Shown: piece after piece, positions 48,677 to 48,915 of the stretch
How the letters are laid out: the number at the start of each line of letters is the position of its first letter
How positions within the stretch are numbered: position 1 is the first letter of the stretch
Origin: Octopus bimaculoides
Lineage: Eukaryota
Direction of reading: 5' to 3'
Assembly: GCF_001194135.2 (NCBI RefSeq)
Contig: NC_068991.1
Span: 72,326,374 to 72,375,288, forward strand
Length of the DNA: 48,915 bases
Notes under the pieces: generated by a model
Database searches by the model: none
Told to the model about the DNA's origin: nothing
Seen by the model: the letters and a program-made list of their open reading frames with translations, nothing else
Made by a program: the position numbers and the translations under genes

Positions 48677-48873
48677 CATCATCATCATCATCATCGTTTA
48701 ATGTCTGCCTTCCATGCTGGCATGGGTTAGACATTTTGACATAGAGCCAGCCAGGCAGAAACCTGCCCCAGACTTCTGTGTCTGTTTTGGTAGGATTTTT
48801 ACAGCTGGATGCCCTTCCTAACACCAACCACCCAGCAGAGTAGACTGAGTGCTTTTGAGATGGAACAGCACAG

Positions 48874-48875
<2 letters not shown>
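48677..48875 (-). mobile_element. family C element
   Basis: Close to the 43290-43510 copy. Confidence 0.85.

Positions 48876-48915
<40 letters not shown>

Overview
AT-rich, CpG-depleted eukaryotic DNA that is mostly repeats. The SINE and MITE repertoire looks like octopus (cephalopod) genomic sequence; this is recognition from memory, not a database match. I cannot confidently identify any host protein-coding gene, and nearly all listed ORFs are artefacts of microsatellites or SINEs. The window holds about 20 copies of a ~400-bp tRNA-derived SINE (SINE-A), about 15 copies of a ~200-bp SINE (SINE-B), about 10 copies of a (GAT)n-tailed element with internal subrepeats (family C), and three further SINEs built from shuffled modules. 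It also has a 5'-truncated RTE-clade LINE 3' end, a possible decayed RT remnant, mariner, hAT, piggyBac-like, pogo-like and Kolobok-like MITEs, many microsatellites, two minisatellites and eight assembly gaps. The most notable signal is a 107-bp inverted repeat at 29679-29952. Each arm carries a minimal type I hammerhead ribozyme fold of the kind found in Penelope-like elements. A second decayed hammerhead-like motif lies at 3286-3330 and a weaker one near 33960.
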